DNA of 59,782 nucleotides, from positions 1 through 59,782 of the forward strand of contig JARGGI010000004.1 in NCBI GenBank assembly GCA_029210775.1, written 5' to 3'. A program made the translations under genes and the position numbers. Under the pieces are notes generated by a model, which made no database searches, was not told where the DNA came from, and saw only the letters and a list, made by a program, of their open reading frames with translations. This DNA is from Patescibacteria group bacterium. GTDB taxonomy: Bacteria > Patescibacteriota > Minisyncoccia > JAHIHE01 > JAGLIN01. This document shows positions 20,943 through 30,206 of this stretch, one piece after another; positions within the stretch are counted from its first letter, which is position 1, and every line of letters begins with the position of its first letter.

Positions 20943-21150
20943 ATTTTTCTAATTTGTTTTTGATTCTATTATATCTATCAATATCCAAAAGAGTAGTATT
21001 TTCTTTGATTATATTTTCATTTGTATTAAGGGATAATTTGTTAATATAAATAAAAAAGTTGATAGACAAAATAAAACTCAAAATTGCGATCATAAATACA
21101 AAAGCGGTGATTGTCATATATATTTTATTTTTTATTTTGCTGTTTAGCAT
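20941..21150 (-). CDS. Small single-pass membrane protein ending cluster 2
   Basis: 69 aa, one TM (ITAFVFMIAILSFILSINFFIY). Same position after PilO as 14219-14638 in cluster 1. Confidence 0.4.
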   Translation of the reverse strand: MLNSKIKNKIYMTITAFVFMIAILSFILSINFFIYINKLSLNTNENIIKENTTLLDIDRYNRIKNKLEK

Positions 21151-21154
21151 ATGT

Positions 21155-21694
21155 TTATTTACTTATGTATACTTTTGATTTTAGGTTCATTATACTGTCA
21201 TTATTAATTATCCCAGAGCCGTTATTAATTGTTATGTTTTCAATTTCGATAAAATAGGGCAGTTTTTTAATTTTATCTAAATAGTTTGAGAAAGAGTTTA
21301 TGTTGCCTGTTAAATTAGCAGAGAAATTTAAACTGACAGTTTTTTCACCAACTGATTTTGATTTTTCTATCGGATCGAAAATCAAGGTTTGATTATTGTT
21401 TGTTTGTGTAGCAGTATTTTCAAGTGCAATTACAAAATCTTCTATATTTTCTTCATCGGGAATCATTTCTTTTGAGTTTTTCAAATTGTCTTTAACTATT
21501 TGATAGGTATTTTTCAATTCTAAGAAATTAGCATCATGCTTTTCTGAAATTTCAAGCATACTTCTTTTTTGTTGAAGTTGTGTGGCTTTTTTTTCAATTT
21601 CTTTTTTTATAAAAAAAACAGCTGGAATAGAAAAAATAATAACAAGTATGTTTATTACAATTAACTTTATAACTGGATTTCTTAAAAAAGACAT
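21155..21694 (-). CDS. PilO-like bitopic protein (cluster 2)
   Basis: N-terminal TM, coiled coil (KKATQLQQKRSMLEISEKHDANFLELK). Follows the PilM/N gene. Confidence 0.5.
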   Translation of the reverse strand: MSFLRNPVIKLIVINILVIIFSIPAVFFIKKEIEKKATQLQQKRSMLEISEKHDANFLELKNTYQIVKDNLKNSKEMIPDEENIEDFVIALENTATQTNNNQTLIFDPIEKSKSVGEKTVSLNFSANLTGNINSFSNYLDKIKKLPYFIEIENITINNGSGIINNDSIMNLKSKVYISK

Positions 21695-21701
21695 AATAAA
21701 T

Positions 21702-23174
21702 TTATTTTATATATAAATTTGCATCAAATGCAATATTTTCTTTTTGTGCTATATTTTTTACAGAAAAGTCAGATTTTTTAAATAATTCAGGATTTTCTAT
21801 TTTTGATTTAAAAACATTCACGCTACTTCGATTAGCTGCAATACCAGAAAGGTGTATTAATTTGCTCTTTTTATTAAAATTTAATATTGTTATATTAATT
21901 CCTGGCGTATTTATTTTGCTTATGTTTTTTAATACATCGGTATAATTTGGTTCGGTTGTAGAATATAACATTTCTAAGTCTTTTAGATAGCTATTAAATT
22001 CTTCTGTTTCTGATTTAATTTTTGCATATTCTCTTGAAACTGGATAATCATTTCTTTTTTCAATTTGATTGTCAATATTATTTTGTAAATAAGCTACAAG
22101 AGAGTAGGTACCTATAAAAATTGATATATAAAATATTGATAAAGTTGATAATAGTAATAGAATAGATCTTGCAAAAGAAACAGCTTTTTGTGTTTCATAT
22201 AAGCTTTCTGTTCCCGTGGAAAGTAAACTTATAATCGTGTCTTCGCTTCTTGGAATGAATGCACGAGCTGCTGCCCCTGCAACCGGAACCCAATCGCTGT
22301 TGTCTATAGATTCAATTTTAATCTTTGCCTTTTTTATCTTAAGCTCTACTAATTTAATTTTGTTTATTATTATGTCTGCGTCAAATCCATAGCTTAATAG
22401 TAATATATTATTAATTTCTAGTCCTTTTGAATGACTTTCAAAATATAATTTTAACTTATTGATTTTGTCTTTAATTACTTTATTTAGGTCTTTTAAATTT
22501 TTGATTTCTTTTCCAGGTACAATTTCCTTCCACAATTCAAATTGATTGAAATAGGGATATTCATTTTTGTAAATTATACTTGTTATTCCCTCGTTTGTAA
22601 GATATAAAAATATTGTCGGCTCTTTTGGAATTTGCACCGCTCTTTGAATGCTTAAAAATGAAGTTTCAAGGGCAATTAATTTAAACCCATTTTGTTCAAG
22701 AATTTTCGTGTAACTGTCGACTATGTTTCTTGCAATTGTGGACACTAAAATTTTATTTTTTTGTTCTGTTGACTCAATTATTTGCCAGTCAATATAGCAC
22801 TTTGAAAGGGGTAGTGGTAAATTTTCTGATGCGTTTAGAGTTATAGCTTCAGCAAGCTGTTCTTCATCAAGCGTTGTTGAGAATTCCAATATTTCACTAT
22901 AAACACTATTTTGAGGAATGGTGACGATGATAAATGGAGAAAAAAATTTATTTGGTTTGAAATTATTTTTTAAGTCATTTATTGCTTTGTTTAATTTATT
23001 TTCATCTAATATTCCTTCTGGAGAAAATGTTCCTTCTTCAAGTTCAATTTCTGATTTACCCTTTGCTATGGCTATATTGTTTTTATCTAATTCCAAAAAA
23101 AGCATACGCAATTTTTGGCTGTTTATTTCTAAACCAATTATTTTTTCTTTTGGTATTAGTAAATTTAGAATCAT
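21702..23174 (-). CDS. pilM: PilM-PilN fusion protein (cluster 2)
   Basis: 490 aa. The N-terminal ~320 aa are PilM-like (IGLEINSQKLRMLFLE...). A TM follows (ILLLLSTLSIFYISIFIGTY), then a PilN-like periplasmic tail. Confidence 0.7.
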   Translation of the reverse strand: MILNLLIPKEKIIGLEINSQKLRMLFLELDKNNIAIAKGKSEIELEEGTFSPEGILDENKLNKAINDLKNNFKPNKFFSPFIIVTIPQNSVYSEILEFSTTLDEEQLAEAITLNASENLPLPLSKCYIDWQIIESTEQKNKILVSTIARNIVDSYTKILEQNGFKLIALETSFLSIQRAVQIPKEPTIFLYLTNEGITSIIYKNEYPYFNQFELWKEIVPGKEIKNLKDLNKVIKDKINKLKLYFESHSKGLEINNILLLSYGFDADIIINKIKLVELKIKKAKIKIESIDNSDWVPVAGAAARAFIPRSEDTIISLLSTGTESLYETQKAVSFARSILLLLSTLSIFYISIFIGTYSLVAYLQNNIDNQIEKRNDYPVSREYAKIKSETEEFNSYLKDLEMLYSTTEPNYTDVLKNISKINTPGINITILNFNKKSKLIHLSGIAANRSSVNVFKSKIENPELFKKSDFSVKNIAQKENIAFDANLYIK

Positions 23175-23185
23175 AATTATTTAAT

Positions 23186-23596
23186 TTAATTTTCAATCCA
23201 AGAATTGAGCGTAACTTCTCCATTCGTTGTAATGTCTAAAATTGTTTCAATTTTTTTTGAATTATTATCAAAGGTTCCTATACTTATGATTTTTATTTGT
23301 CCTGGAACTGATGTATCAAAACTAATGCTTGCAGAGCCGTTATTTATTGAAAGTGAATAGAAGGTATTATAGCTACTGTTTCGTGTAATTTTCATTGTTG
23401 CATCTCTTATGCCGGCCTCTGCTATATAATAGGCCATATCGGCTTTATTTGTGTTTGAAGTGATATTGTTTTGAGTGAAGGCGGAAAAGGCCATTGCTAA
23501 TCCTATAGATAGCATAATTATTGACAGAATAGCAATGACTGGAAGTGCAATCATTCCTTTTTGTGAAAAGTGGTATTTTATATTCTTTTTTATCAT
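23186..23596 (-). CDS. PilX/GspK-like minor pilin lacking Glu+5 (cluster 2)
   Basis: KG|MIALPVIAILSII then MAYYIAEAGIRDA (PilX_N-like). 4-nt ATGA overlap with the upstream gene. Confidence 0.55.
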   Translation of the reverse strand: MIKKNIKYHFSQKGMIALPVIAILSIIMLSIGLAMAFSAFTQNNITSNTNKADMAYYIAEAGIRDATMKITRNSSYNTFYSLSINNGSASISFDTSVPGQIKIISIGTFDNNSKKIETILDITTNGEVTLNSWIEN

Positions 23597-24180
23597 TTTT
23601 TTAAGGAAACAGTTGTTTGTGATTTTTTTGAAAATTCATATGCTGGTCTTCCATTGTTATTATAGCTTATTTCGAGTTTAATTTGAATAGTTTCTCCTAA
23701 TCGAGTAAAAATTTTCTCAACTCCGGTAGGGGATGTGACAATTACTTTGTTGCTTGTTATGTTTTCTACTGTGCAATCTGAATCAACTGGTCCACAGTTC
23801 ACCTTGCATTCCCCGTCATTGAGACAAGTTGCGGTTGTTGTTCCTCGTGTTTTTTGCAAAATTCCAGATGGTGAAATTTTAAACTCAACAACTGTTGTTG
23901 CACTTTGAAAATTTAAAATATTATCAGTATTTCCTGATGGGTTTGGAGCGTTGATTATTATATTATCAAAGGAATGTAATTCATCAGCTATTTGTCCAGT
24001 TGCGAATTGTAAATTTTGTTGAACTTCAATTCGTGATTCTTCTTTTGAAGAATTTGTAGAAATCATGGAAAATAGTCCTGCAATTGTAATTAATAAACTA
24101 GACAATATTGCGATATAGATTAATAATTCTAATAATGTAAAACCTTTATTGTTTTTTGTTTCATAGTTCATATCATTCAT
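23593..24180 (-). CDS. Prepilin-type minor pilin (PilW-like by position, cluster 2)
   Basis: KG|FTLLELLIYIAIL with Glu+5. 195 aa. Confidence 0.65.
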   Translation of the reverse strand: MNDMNYETKNNKGFTLLELLIYIAILSSLLITIAGLFSMISTNSSKEESRIEVQQNLQFATGQIADELHSFDNIIINAPNPSGNTDNILNFQSATTVVEFKISPSGILQKTRGTTTATCLNDGECKVNCGPVDSDCTVENITSNKVIVTSPTGVEKIFTRLGETIQIKLEISYNNNGRPAYEFSKKSQTTVSLKK

Positions 24181-24193
24181 TTTTAAGTTTCGT

Positions 24194-25030
24194 TTATGGT
24201 GACCAATTTACGATTACATCTGTTACTGTTGGATTATTTAATCCATTTCCAACGCAATTATTTGAACAAAGAGTAATTTTATATCTGAAATAGCGTTTAT
24301 TGTTGTGTTCGTTAAAACATTGTATCTCAATTGGCGTATTTGGGTTCGTTTCATAATTTGTTATAGGAGTGCAATCTGGTCCTATAAAAGTCCATGGTCC
24401 AAATTCAGAATTTGATGTTGCAAGTTGAAGTCTTACTTTGCCACCATTTAAAGAACCTTTCCACATCATAGAGTTAAATGCGGATCCATTAACTGATTCT
24501 GTATCCATTATTGAAGATATGGCGTAACCTGAAACTGGTAAATTTCCTGTATTTTTCGTATATTTATAAGTTAGGATTAATTTTGCGCTAAGATCTGTTG
24601 TCTCGAAATTATCATTTCTTATGTATAATGTATAATTTTTACTTCCTGGAACTCCAGGAAAATCTGCAGAAACAAATGAGGTTATGTCATGATTGATAGT
24701 AAACTTTTGAGGTTTTGTTGATACATTAAGATTATATAAAGAATATGGATTGCTATTAAGTTTCACATTTATTATTCCAGTTGTTAGAGCAGGGGATTTT
24801 GCGCTCCCTTTAATCTCGATAAAAGCACTTGTAATTTGAGGATTATCTTCTGCAATTGACATTGTAAATGGTTGGCTAACTTCCGTTCCGTCTGTGATTA
24901 TTCCACTTTGTTGAATTATAAAAAATTTAACTGTTTTAGAAAAATCAGCTGCTTTAATTTCATTAAGATATAAAATTAACATCACAAAAAATATGATTAG
25001 AACAAGAAATTTTTTGATAATTTGTTTCAT
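24194..25030 (-). CDS. Secreted protein of unknown function sharing a ~135-aa domain with the C-terminus of the upstream 1101-aa protein
   Basis: Signal peptide (LVLIIFFVMLILYLNEIKA|AD). Residues ~32-160 align with the last ~140 aa of ORF 25031-28336. Its ATG abuts the upstream stop (TAGATG). Confidence 0.6.
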   Translation of the reverse strand: MKQIIKKFLVLIIFFVMLILYLNEIKAADFSKTVKFFIIQQSGIITDGTEVSQPFTMSIAEDNPQITSAFIEIKGSAKSPALTTGIINVKLNSNPYSLYNLNVSTKPQKFTINHDITSFVSADFPGVPGSKNYTLYIRNDNFETTDLSAKLILTYKYTKNTGNLPVSGYAISSIMDTESVNGSAFNSMMWKGSLNGGKVRLQLATSNSEFGPWTFIGPDCTPITNYETNPNTPIEIQCFNEHNNKRYFRYKITLCSNNCVGNGLNNPTVTDVIVNWSP

Positions 25031-28000
25031 CTATGGTTGGTAGTTATATGTAATAACAAGTTTTCCTGAAAAAAGTGAAACATCTGTAATTCCGTCTCCG
25101 TTCAAAAATAATGTGTATTCATAATTTCCTCCACTTGTTATGTCGGTCATATCTTCATTATCAGATCCGGGGTTTAAAGCATTAAAAAGAATTGTAAATT
25201 GAGTTGTGGTTCCAGTGGAATCTAAAATATAGTTATTTCCTATAGGTCCAATCTCGGCAGTTCTATTTCCTCTTAATAATCCAGCGTTTATTGTTTGATT
25301 TCCTGTAGCGCTTGAAATTCCACTTATTTCAATGTATGCACTTTTTGCTTGAATACTATTAGGAATTCCAAAATTTTCAGGAACGGTTAAGATAAAATTT
25401 TTCTTGATTTTTGTTCCAGTGTTTTTGTTTGATTCTTGGAGAATAAAAAATTCAATAGTTTTTATAGGTCTTGCTCCTTCTGTTATAAAGTTACAATTTG
25501 CAGAAACTCCTTCGTTTTGCACTCCGTCTTTTGATCTCATTCGGAAAGTATAATTAGTTCCTGGAGTTAAAGATGAAAAATTAATTTGATGAGGGCTATT
25601 TTCCCAAGCACTTTCTGCTGTTGTAATTCCAGGACTTGAAATCCAATCTATATAATCACTTGTTTTTATATATTGGGCTTGGGCTGTAGCATAAGATCCA
25701 GATCCAGGCGGATTCTGCGCTCCTGAAGTTGTGTCAGATGTGTTCCATTGAATCGTTGCACTCAAATCTGTAATATTTGAAACGGAAGTGTTGCAGGTTC
25801 CATCGGTTCCTGGGCTTATTGTTGGTAGATTATTATCGATATAAATATCAACATCATTCGGATCTAAGTTCCCCCCAAAAACTACCCAATTACTGTTACC
25901 TGCTGAATTTCGTACTCTTGCGCGCCAGTGATATGAGTTGCCATCTATGCCCGTTATATTAACCCAACCATGAACTGTTGCTCCGTTATATATAACTCCA
26001 GTTCCTTCAACAAAAACACCGTCAAAAGCAGTTCCGATTGTCTTTAGCTCAACTTGAGGATAGTAGAGTTCTCCTATAAGTCCTCCTTGCATATCCACTC
26101 TGAAGTAGACATTTAATTGTCCTCCAATTCCATTTCCTACAGTAATTTCAGTTGTAGGAGTTTGAGCACCATCAAGATTGTCTTTAAATTGGTATATATT
26201 TATTGGGTCAGAGGGCATTGAAGATCTGATTTCAAAACCTGTGTCAATTTCATTTCCATAACTTCCTATTTGAAGGTCTGGATTTGTGACGATAACATTC
26301 CAATATCCGAGAGGTTTGAGTGATAAATCATAAGCTCCATTTGAAAGAGTATTGGCATTTGTGAATGTAAAAGCGGTTGAAGGAATAATGTCTGATTGTG
26401 CTGTTTTTGTGAGTTTTGCCGTTGCTCCACTTTGGAAATTACTTCCAGATATAGATGTTATATTTGTAATTCCAGAATTAAGTCCAAAGGCAGGATTTAT
26501 TCCTGTTATAACAGGACCACTTGGAGCATTAATTGTGAAACATCCGCTACATATTCCGTTTTGTCCGTCCATATTCGTGATCACCAAATCCCAAGCACCA
26601 GCTGTAGCGCTTGATAAATTAAAGTTTGCGCTAACCGTTTGATATGCAGTTATGACTGAATATCCTGTGCCCACTATGTCAGATTCTCCAGATTTAACTA
26701 ACTTTAAAATTGGTCCTGTTCCAATTTCAGTGTCAATTCCAAGACCTGTGAATTCAATTGAAACTGAACTTTGCCCAGTTGTGGCAGATGCTGGGTTTGA
26801 AGATGAAACTGAAGGAGCAAGAATTGTAAAGCTTGTTGGATCTGTTGGGAATTGATTGCTAATCCTTGTGTCGTTTCTTGTAATTTGAATTTTACCAGAA
26901 ATATTTCCAGCACCTTCTTGTCCTGGGGTGCGAACCGTTAAACTTGTTTCATTCCACTCACCAATTACTGTGGCACTTTGGGAATTAATTGTTACAGAAC
27001 CTGATAGAGTTTGGAAATGATCACCAGAAACCGTTATGATTGTGCCAATTTGTTCGCTGTTTGTTGAAATTGAAGTTATGTTAGGATAGACATAAAAATC
27101 TTGCGGAGAGCTATCATCTAAACCATTAGCTCTAATAATCAGTCCATTTATTCCAATTCCTCCGTATGTCGATGTAGCGCTTGGAATCGTAAAAATAATT
27201 GTAGCATCATTCCAAGAAATAACATTTCCATCCGGTACAATGTATGTGCCAATTTTTACAGCATTATTTATTCCATCAGAAGGACCGGTTCCGAAGTTTG
27301 TTCCGGAAACTGTAATTTGTTGAGATGACCTTCCGCCGTCAAGCAGTGTTCCTTCGGTGCTATTTACATATCCAGTAGCATTTGGAGGAGACGCAGGCGC
27401 ATTAATTGTGATTACTCCTGATGAATAATCATAAACAGATGGATTTATGCTGTCATCAGCTTTTCCATAAATATAATAGTCTCCTGGTGTCATTCCAGTT
27501 GTATCCCAAGAACAAGTTGCTCCAACTCCTTCTCCTTGACCTACGCAACTTGCAATTAGTGTTCCATTATTTCCAACTGCATCATTATCATAATAAAAAT
27601 CAACCGTGGCAGCGTCTTCATTATCAGATAAATCATAATTTATATTATAATTATTTCCAACTGCAATAGTGTCTCCAATGCCGTCAGGCTGATTTACGAT
27701 CAAAATTGGAGGATTGTTGGCGGGAGGAGTAAAAGTTCCTTCAACCCAAATGTCTCTTATATATACATTTGATCCATCCGCGCCTTTACTTTTTGAAGTG
27801 TATATTTTTATACATAATTGACTTAAGTTTGGTGAAGCGCCTAATGGGATCGGAGTGATTGTTGTATCAGGTACGCCTGTTGAAGTAGGAGGAATTATAT
27901 CAACAAAAGCTCCTGCACATCCAGTAGTTGAGTAGGCGATTGCATAAGTATCATCAGATCCTGTATCAGCGTGATAGCGAATTCTTAAGTCTGAACTTGT

Positions 28001-28336
28001 ATAGGTGTTAGTAGTTGTTTGCCAGGTGTGAAAAGTAATTGAGGGATCTGCGTTTGCTCCATAACTTGTTGTTGAAAATGTAGTTCCATTTGCATCATAT
28101 GCATTTTGTGGATTTGTGGTTAGTATCGCTGAGTCTGTATTTGCAGTAGGTCTTCTTTGTTCAATGTCTGCGCTTGCTTTTTTAATTTCAAAATTATCTA
28201 TGATTTTATTATTCTGAAAAGTTTTTGGCAAGAAGGAAATAAAATTAGAAAAAACGAGAATAAAAATTAACATAAATATTGAAATGTTTTTTTTGATTGT
28301 TTTTATTTTCTGATTATTTTTTATATTTATTTTCAT
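25031..28336 (-). CDS. Large (1101 aa) secreted or surface protein with repeated IPT/TIG-like and FN3-like beta-sandwich domains
   Basis: N-terminal signal/anchor. At least three segments of IPT/TIG type (ITVSGTNFG, ITVSGDHFQ, ISGSNFQSGATAKL). An FN3-like segment (LSATIQWNTSD...YTFRMRSKDG). T/S/G/N-rich composition. Largest ORF in the window. Confidence 0.65.
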   Translation of the reverse strand: MKINIKNNQKIKTIKKNISIFMLIFILVFSNFISFLPKTFQNNKIIDNFEIKKASADIEQRRPTANTDSAILTTNPQNAYDANGTTFSTTSYGANADPSITFHTWQTTTNTYTSSDLRIRYHADTGSDDTYAIAYSTTGCAGAFVDIIPPTSTGVPDTTITPIPLGASPNLSQLCIKIYTSKSKGADGSNVYIRDIWVEGTFTPPANNPPILIVNQPDGIGDTIAVGNNYNINYDLSDNEDAATVDFYYDNDAVGNNGTLIASCVGQGEGVGATCSWDTTGMTPGDYYIYGKADDSINPSVYDYSSGVITINAPASPPNATGYVNSTEGTLLDGGRSSQQITVSGTNFGTGPSDGINNAVKIGTYIVPDGNVISWNDATIIFTIPSATSTYGGIGINGLIIRANGLDDSSPQDFYVYPNITSISTNSEQIGTIITVSGDHFQTLSGSVTINSQSATVIGEWNETSLTVRTPGQEGAGNISGKIQITRNDTRISNQFPTDPTSFTILAPSVSSSNPASATTGQSSVSIEFTGLGIDTEIGTGPILKLVKSGESDIVGTGYSVITAYQTVSANFNLSSATAGAWDLVITNMDGQNGICSGCFTINAPSGPVITGINPAFGLNSGITNITSISGSNFQSGATAKLTKTAQSDIIPSTAFTFTNANTLSNGAYDLSLKPLGYWNVIVTNPDLQIGSYGNEIDTGFEIRSSMPSDPINIYQFKDNLDGAQTPTTEITVGNGIGGQLNVYFRVDMQGGLIGELYYPQVELKTIGTAFDGVFVEGTGVIYNGATVHGWVNITGIDGNSYHWRARVRNSAGNSNWVVFGGNLDPNDVDIYIDNNLPTISPGTDGTCNTSVSNITDLSATIQWNTSDTTSGAQNPPGSGSYATAQAQYIKTSDYIDWISSPGITTAESAWENSPHQINFSSLTPGTNYTFRMRSKDGVQNEGVSANCNFITEGARPIKTIEFFILQESNKNTGTKIKKNFILTVPENFGIPNSIQAKSAYIEISGISSATGNQTINAGLLRGNRTAEIGPIGNNYILDSTGTTTQFTILFNALNPGSDNEDMTDITSGGNYEYTLFLNGDGITDVSLFSGKLVITYNYQP

Positions 28337-28354
28337 ATTGATTTATTTTTTATT

Positions 28355-28948
28355 CTAAATTTCAGCATCAATAGTGTGAGTTCCTTTGTCGAAGAAAATT
28401 GTCCAAATGAATTTTTTTGCTTCACTGTCATAATACATTTTCAGTTTTATTATTTCAGTATTTTCGGGATATGATGAATAAAATGAATTAGCAAGTTTTG
28501 ATGAGTCAATCATTTCTCCTTTGAGCGTTTGTAGGGGGCTTGGTACCTCTTTTTCTTCTCCGCCTCTTGATTCTCCATCTTTAGTAACAATTTCAAAAGA
28601 TTTCCCCTTTTCCTTTGAATAGAATTCAACTATCCATCCATTTGCATTTCCATTCACATTGAAATTTTTTGAATTGAGTTTAATTCCAGAAAGATATGCA
28701 TCGTCTGCCCACAATAGCGCATCTGAATAAGCAATATCAACAGCTTCTTGAGCAGTTAAATCTGTTTTATAAACAGTTTTGTTTGCAGAAACATTGTTAT
28801 TGTTATTGGTATTTGTTTGATTATTTATGGATAATAGTGATTTTGAATACGGAGCTTTGCTATTACCGAGTAAATATCCAATTGATAAACCCAAAATTAA
28901 TACAGTCAATAACGCTAACAAAAAAGTTGTTTTTTTAATTTCAATCAT
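28355..28948 (-). CDS. Membrane-anchored extracytoplasmic protein, unknown function
   Basis: 197 aa, N-terminal TM, Asn-rich linker, two small globular halves (possibly PepSY-like; weak). Confidence 0.5.
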   Translation of the reverse strand: MIEIKKTTFLLALLTVLILGLSIGYLLGNSKAPYSKSLLSINNQTNTNNNNNVSANKTVYKTDLTAQEAVDIAYSDALLWADDAYLSGIKLNSKNFNVNGNANGWIVEFYSKEKGKSFEIVTKDGESRGGEEKEVPSPLQTLKGEMIDSSKLANSFYSSYPENTEIIKLKMYYDSEAKKFIWTIFFDKGTHTIDAEI

Positions 28949-28971
28949 AGTTATTAATTATTTATTAAATT

Positions 28972-29673
28972 TTATAATGAATTTAATTTCAGAGTACCTC
29001 CAGAAGTATCTATGTTCGTGTCGTCTGTGTCATATTCTGTTATTGGACTTATGTTAAAGTCTCTGTCTTTCACGAGAAATGGTCCAAGTAGTCCCGATCC
29101 TCCGGCCCAATTAGATTGAATAAAAATTTTGTTTCTCCAGCGTGTAATATATTTTTCCAAAACAACATCAGACCCTCCTTTATATGAAACTGTTAGTTTG
29201 ATTTTTTGAGTTGACGGATCTTGAGTTCCGCCTGATGTTACTATTTTTCTCTCAATGTCTGTGAAGTCTCTATGGACATTATCAATAACAATTTTTCTTA
29301 AATATATTATTCCATTAAGATTAATTTCACAATTTATAATAGATGGCGAAGGCACAAATGGTCCAGAGAGGAACCACGAATTCCCGTCGTTTTCAATACA
29401 ATAAATTTTTGCATCTCCTTTGTCTGAATTTTCATTTCCTGTTCCATCTGGTGGCAGATAAATGTTGTGCCAGGAATTATCTTTAATGGATCCAATCGCT
29501 TCAATTCCTTCTTGTGCTAATAAGATGGCGTTATTTTTTTCTCCAGAAATTTGGCCCGCTCTTTGACTCACTGTTATCAGATTCGCAGTAGCTCCCAAAA
29601 TCAGAGCTCCAATCAGAATTGCGAGAATAATTTCTATAAGGAGTTGTCCTTTTTGGTTTGAATATTTTTTCAT
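28972..29673 (-). CDS. Prepilin-type minor pilin (PilV-like, cluster 2)
   Basis: KG|QLLIEIILAILIG with Glu+5. Similar to 8947-9423 after the helix (LLAQEGIEAIGSIKDNSW). Confidence 0.65.
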   Translation of the reverse strand: MKKYSNQKGQLLIEIILAILIGALILGATANLITVSQRAGQISGEKNNAILLAQEGIEAIGSIKDNSWHNIYLPPDGTGNENSDKGDAKIYCIENDGNSWFLSGPFVPSPSIINCEINLNGIIYLRKIVIDNVHRDFTDIERKIVTSGGTQDPSTQKIKLTVSYKGGSDVVLEKYITRWRNKIFIQSNWAGGSGLLGPFLVKDRDFNISPITEYDTDDTNIDTSGGTLKLNSL

Positions 29674-29720
29674 AATTAGATTTTTGAGGTTTTGGAGAAC
29701 TTTTACAATTAAATGAATTT

Positions 29721-30197
29721 TTAATTGCTGATTAATCCCAAGGAGCTTACTGAAATATTTCTGAAGCTATTACCATTTGTATCTGTTATTTTTATTGAGC
29801 AAGTTTGATTTGTGTTTCCTTTGGGTTTTTTGAATATAATTTCATTACATCCGCCCGCAAGAGAGGTGCTGTCAAATATGATAAAACTGGATAGATAGTT
29901 TTCCTCTTTGATACTTGCACCTGCATAACCACTTCCCTCGTCACGAAATAATATAAATTTATTGTTTGTATCATCAAAAAATATTCCCCATTCCTTAAAG
30001 TCGTTGCCACTAATTGAGCGTGATTGTGCATCTCTCAGAGACGTTACTATCGTTTTTGCGCCTGAGTCTAATTCTGCTTGACGCTGGTAGGATGCAAACC
30101 ATATATATGTTCCAGAAGACATAAGCGCTAATATTGATATTGTGATAATAATTTCAATCAGACTGAATCCGAAATATTTCAAACTTTGTTTTTCCAT
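29721..30197 (-). CDS. Prepilin-type minor pilin, FimT/GspH-like (cluster 2)
   Basis: FG|FSLIEIIITISIL. LRDAQSRSISG...WGIFF...FILFRD matches the same core as 8040-8933. Confidence 0.7.
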   Translation of the reverse strand: MEKQSLKYFGFSLIEIIITISILALMSSGTYIWFASYQRQAELDSGAKTIVTSLRDAQSRSISGNDFKEWGIFFDDTNNKFILFRDEGSGYAGASIKEENYLSSFIIFDSTSLAGGCNEIIFKKPKGNTNQTCSIKITDTNGNSFRNISVSSLGLISN

Positions 30198-30206
30198 AAG
30201 TGTAAT

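Noticed and set aside
26352-27669. Several 60-96-aa + strand ORFs inside 25031-28336
   Set aside because: They are all antisense to the 1101-aa gene, which has a continuous 3.3-kb frame with a signal peptide and repeated domain motifs.
24194-28336. Diversity-generating retroelement targeting the adhesin-like genes
   Set aside because: There is no reverse transcriptase gene in the window. I saw no template/variable repeat pair (near-identical ~100-bp repeats differing at adenines) by inspection.
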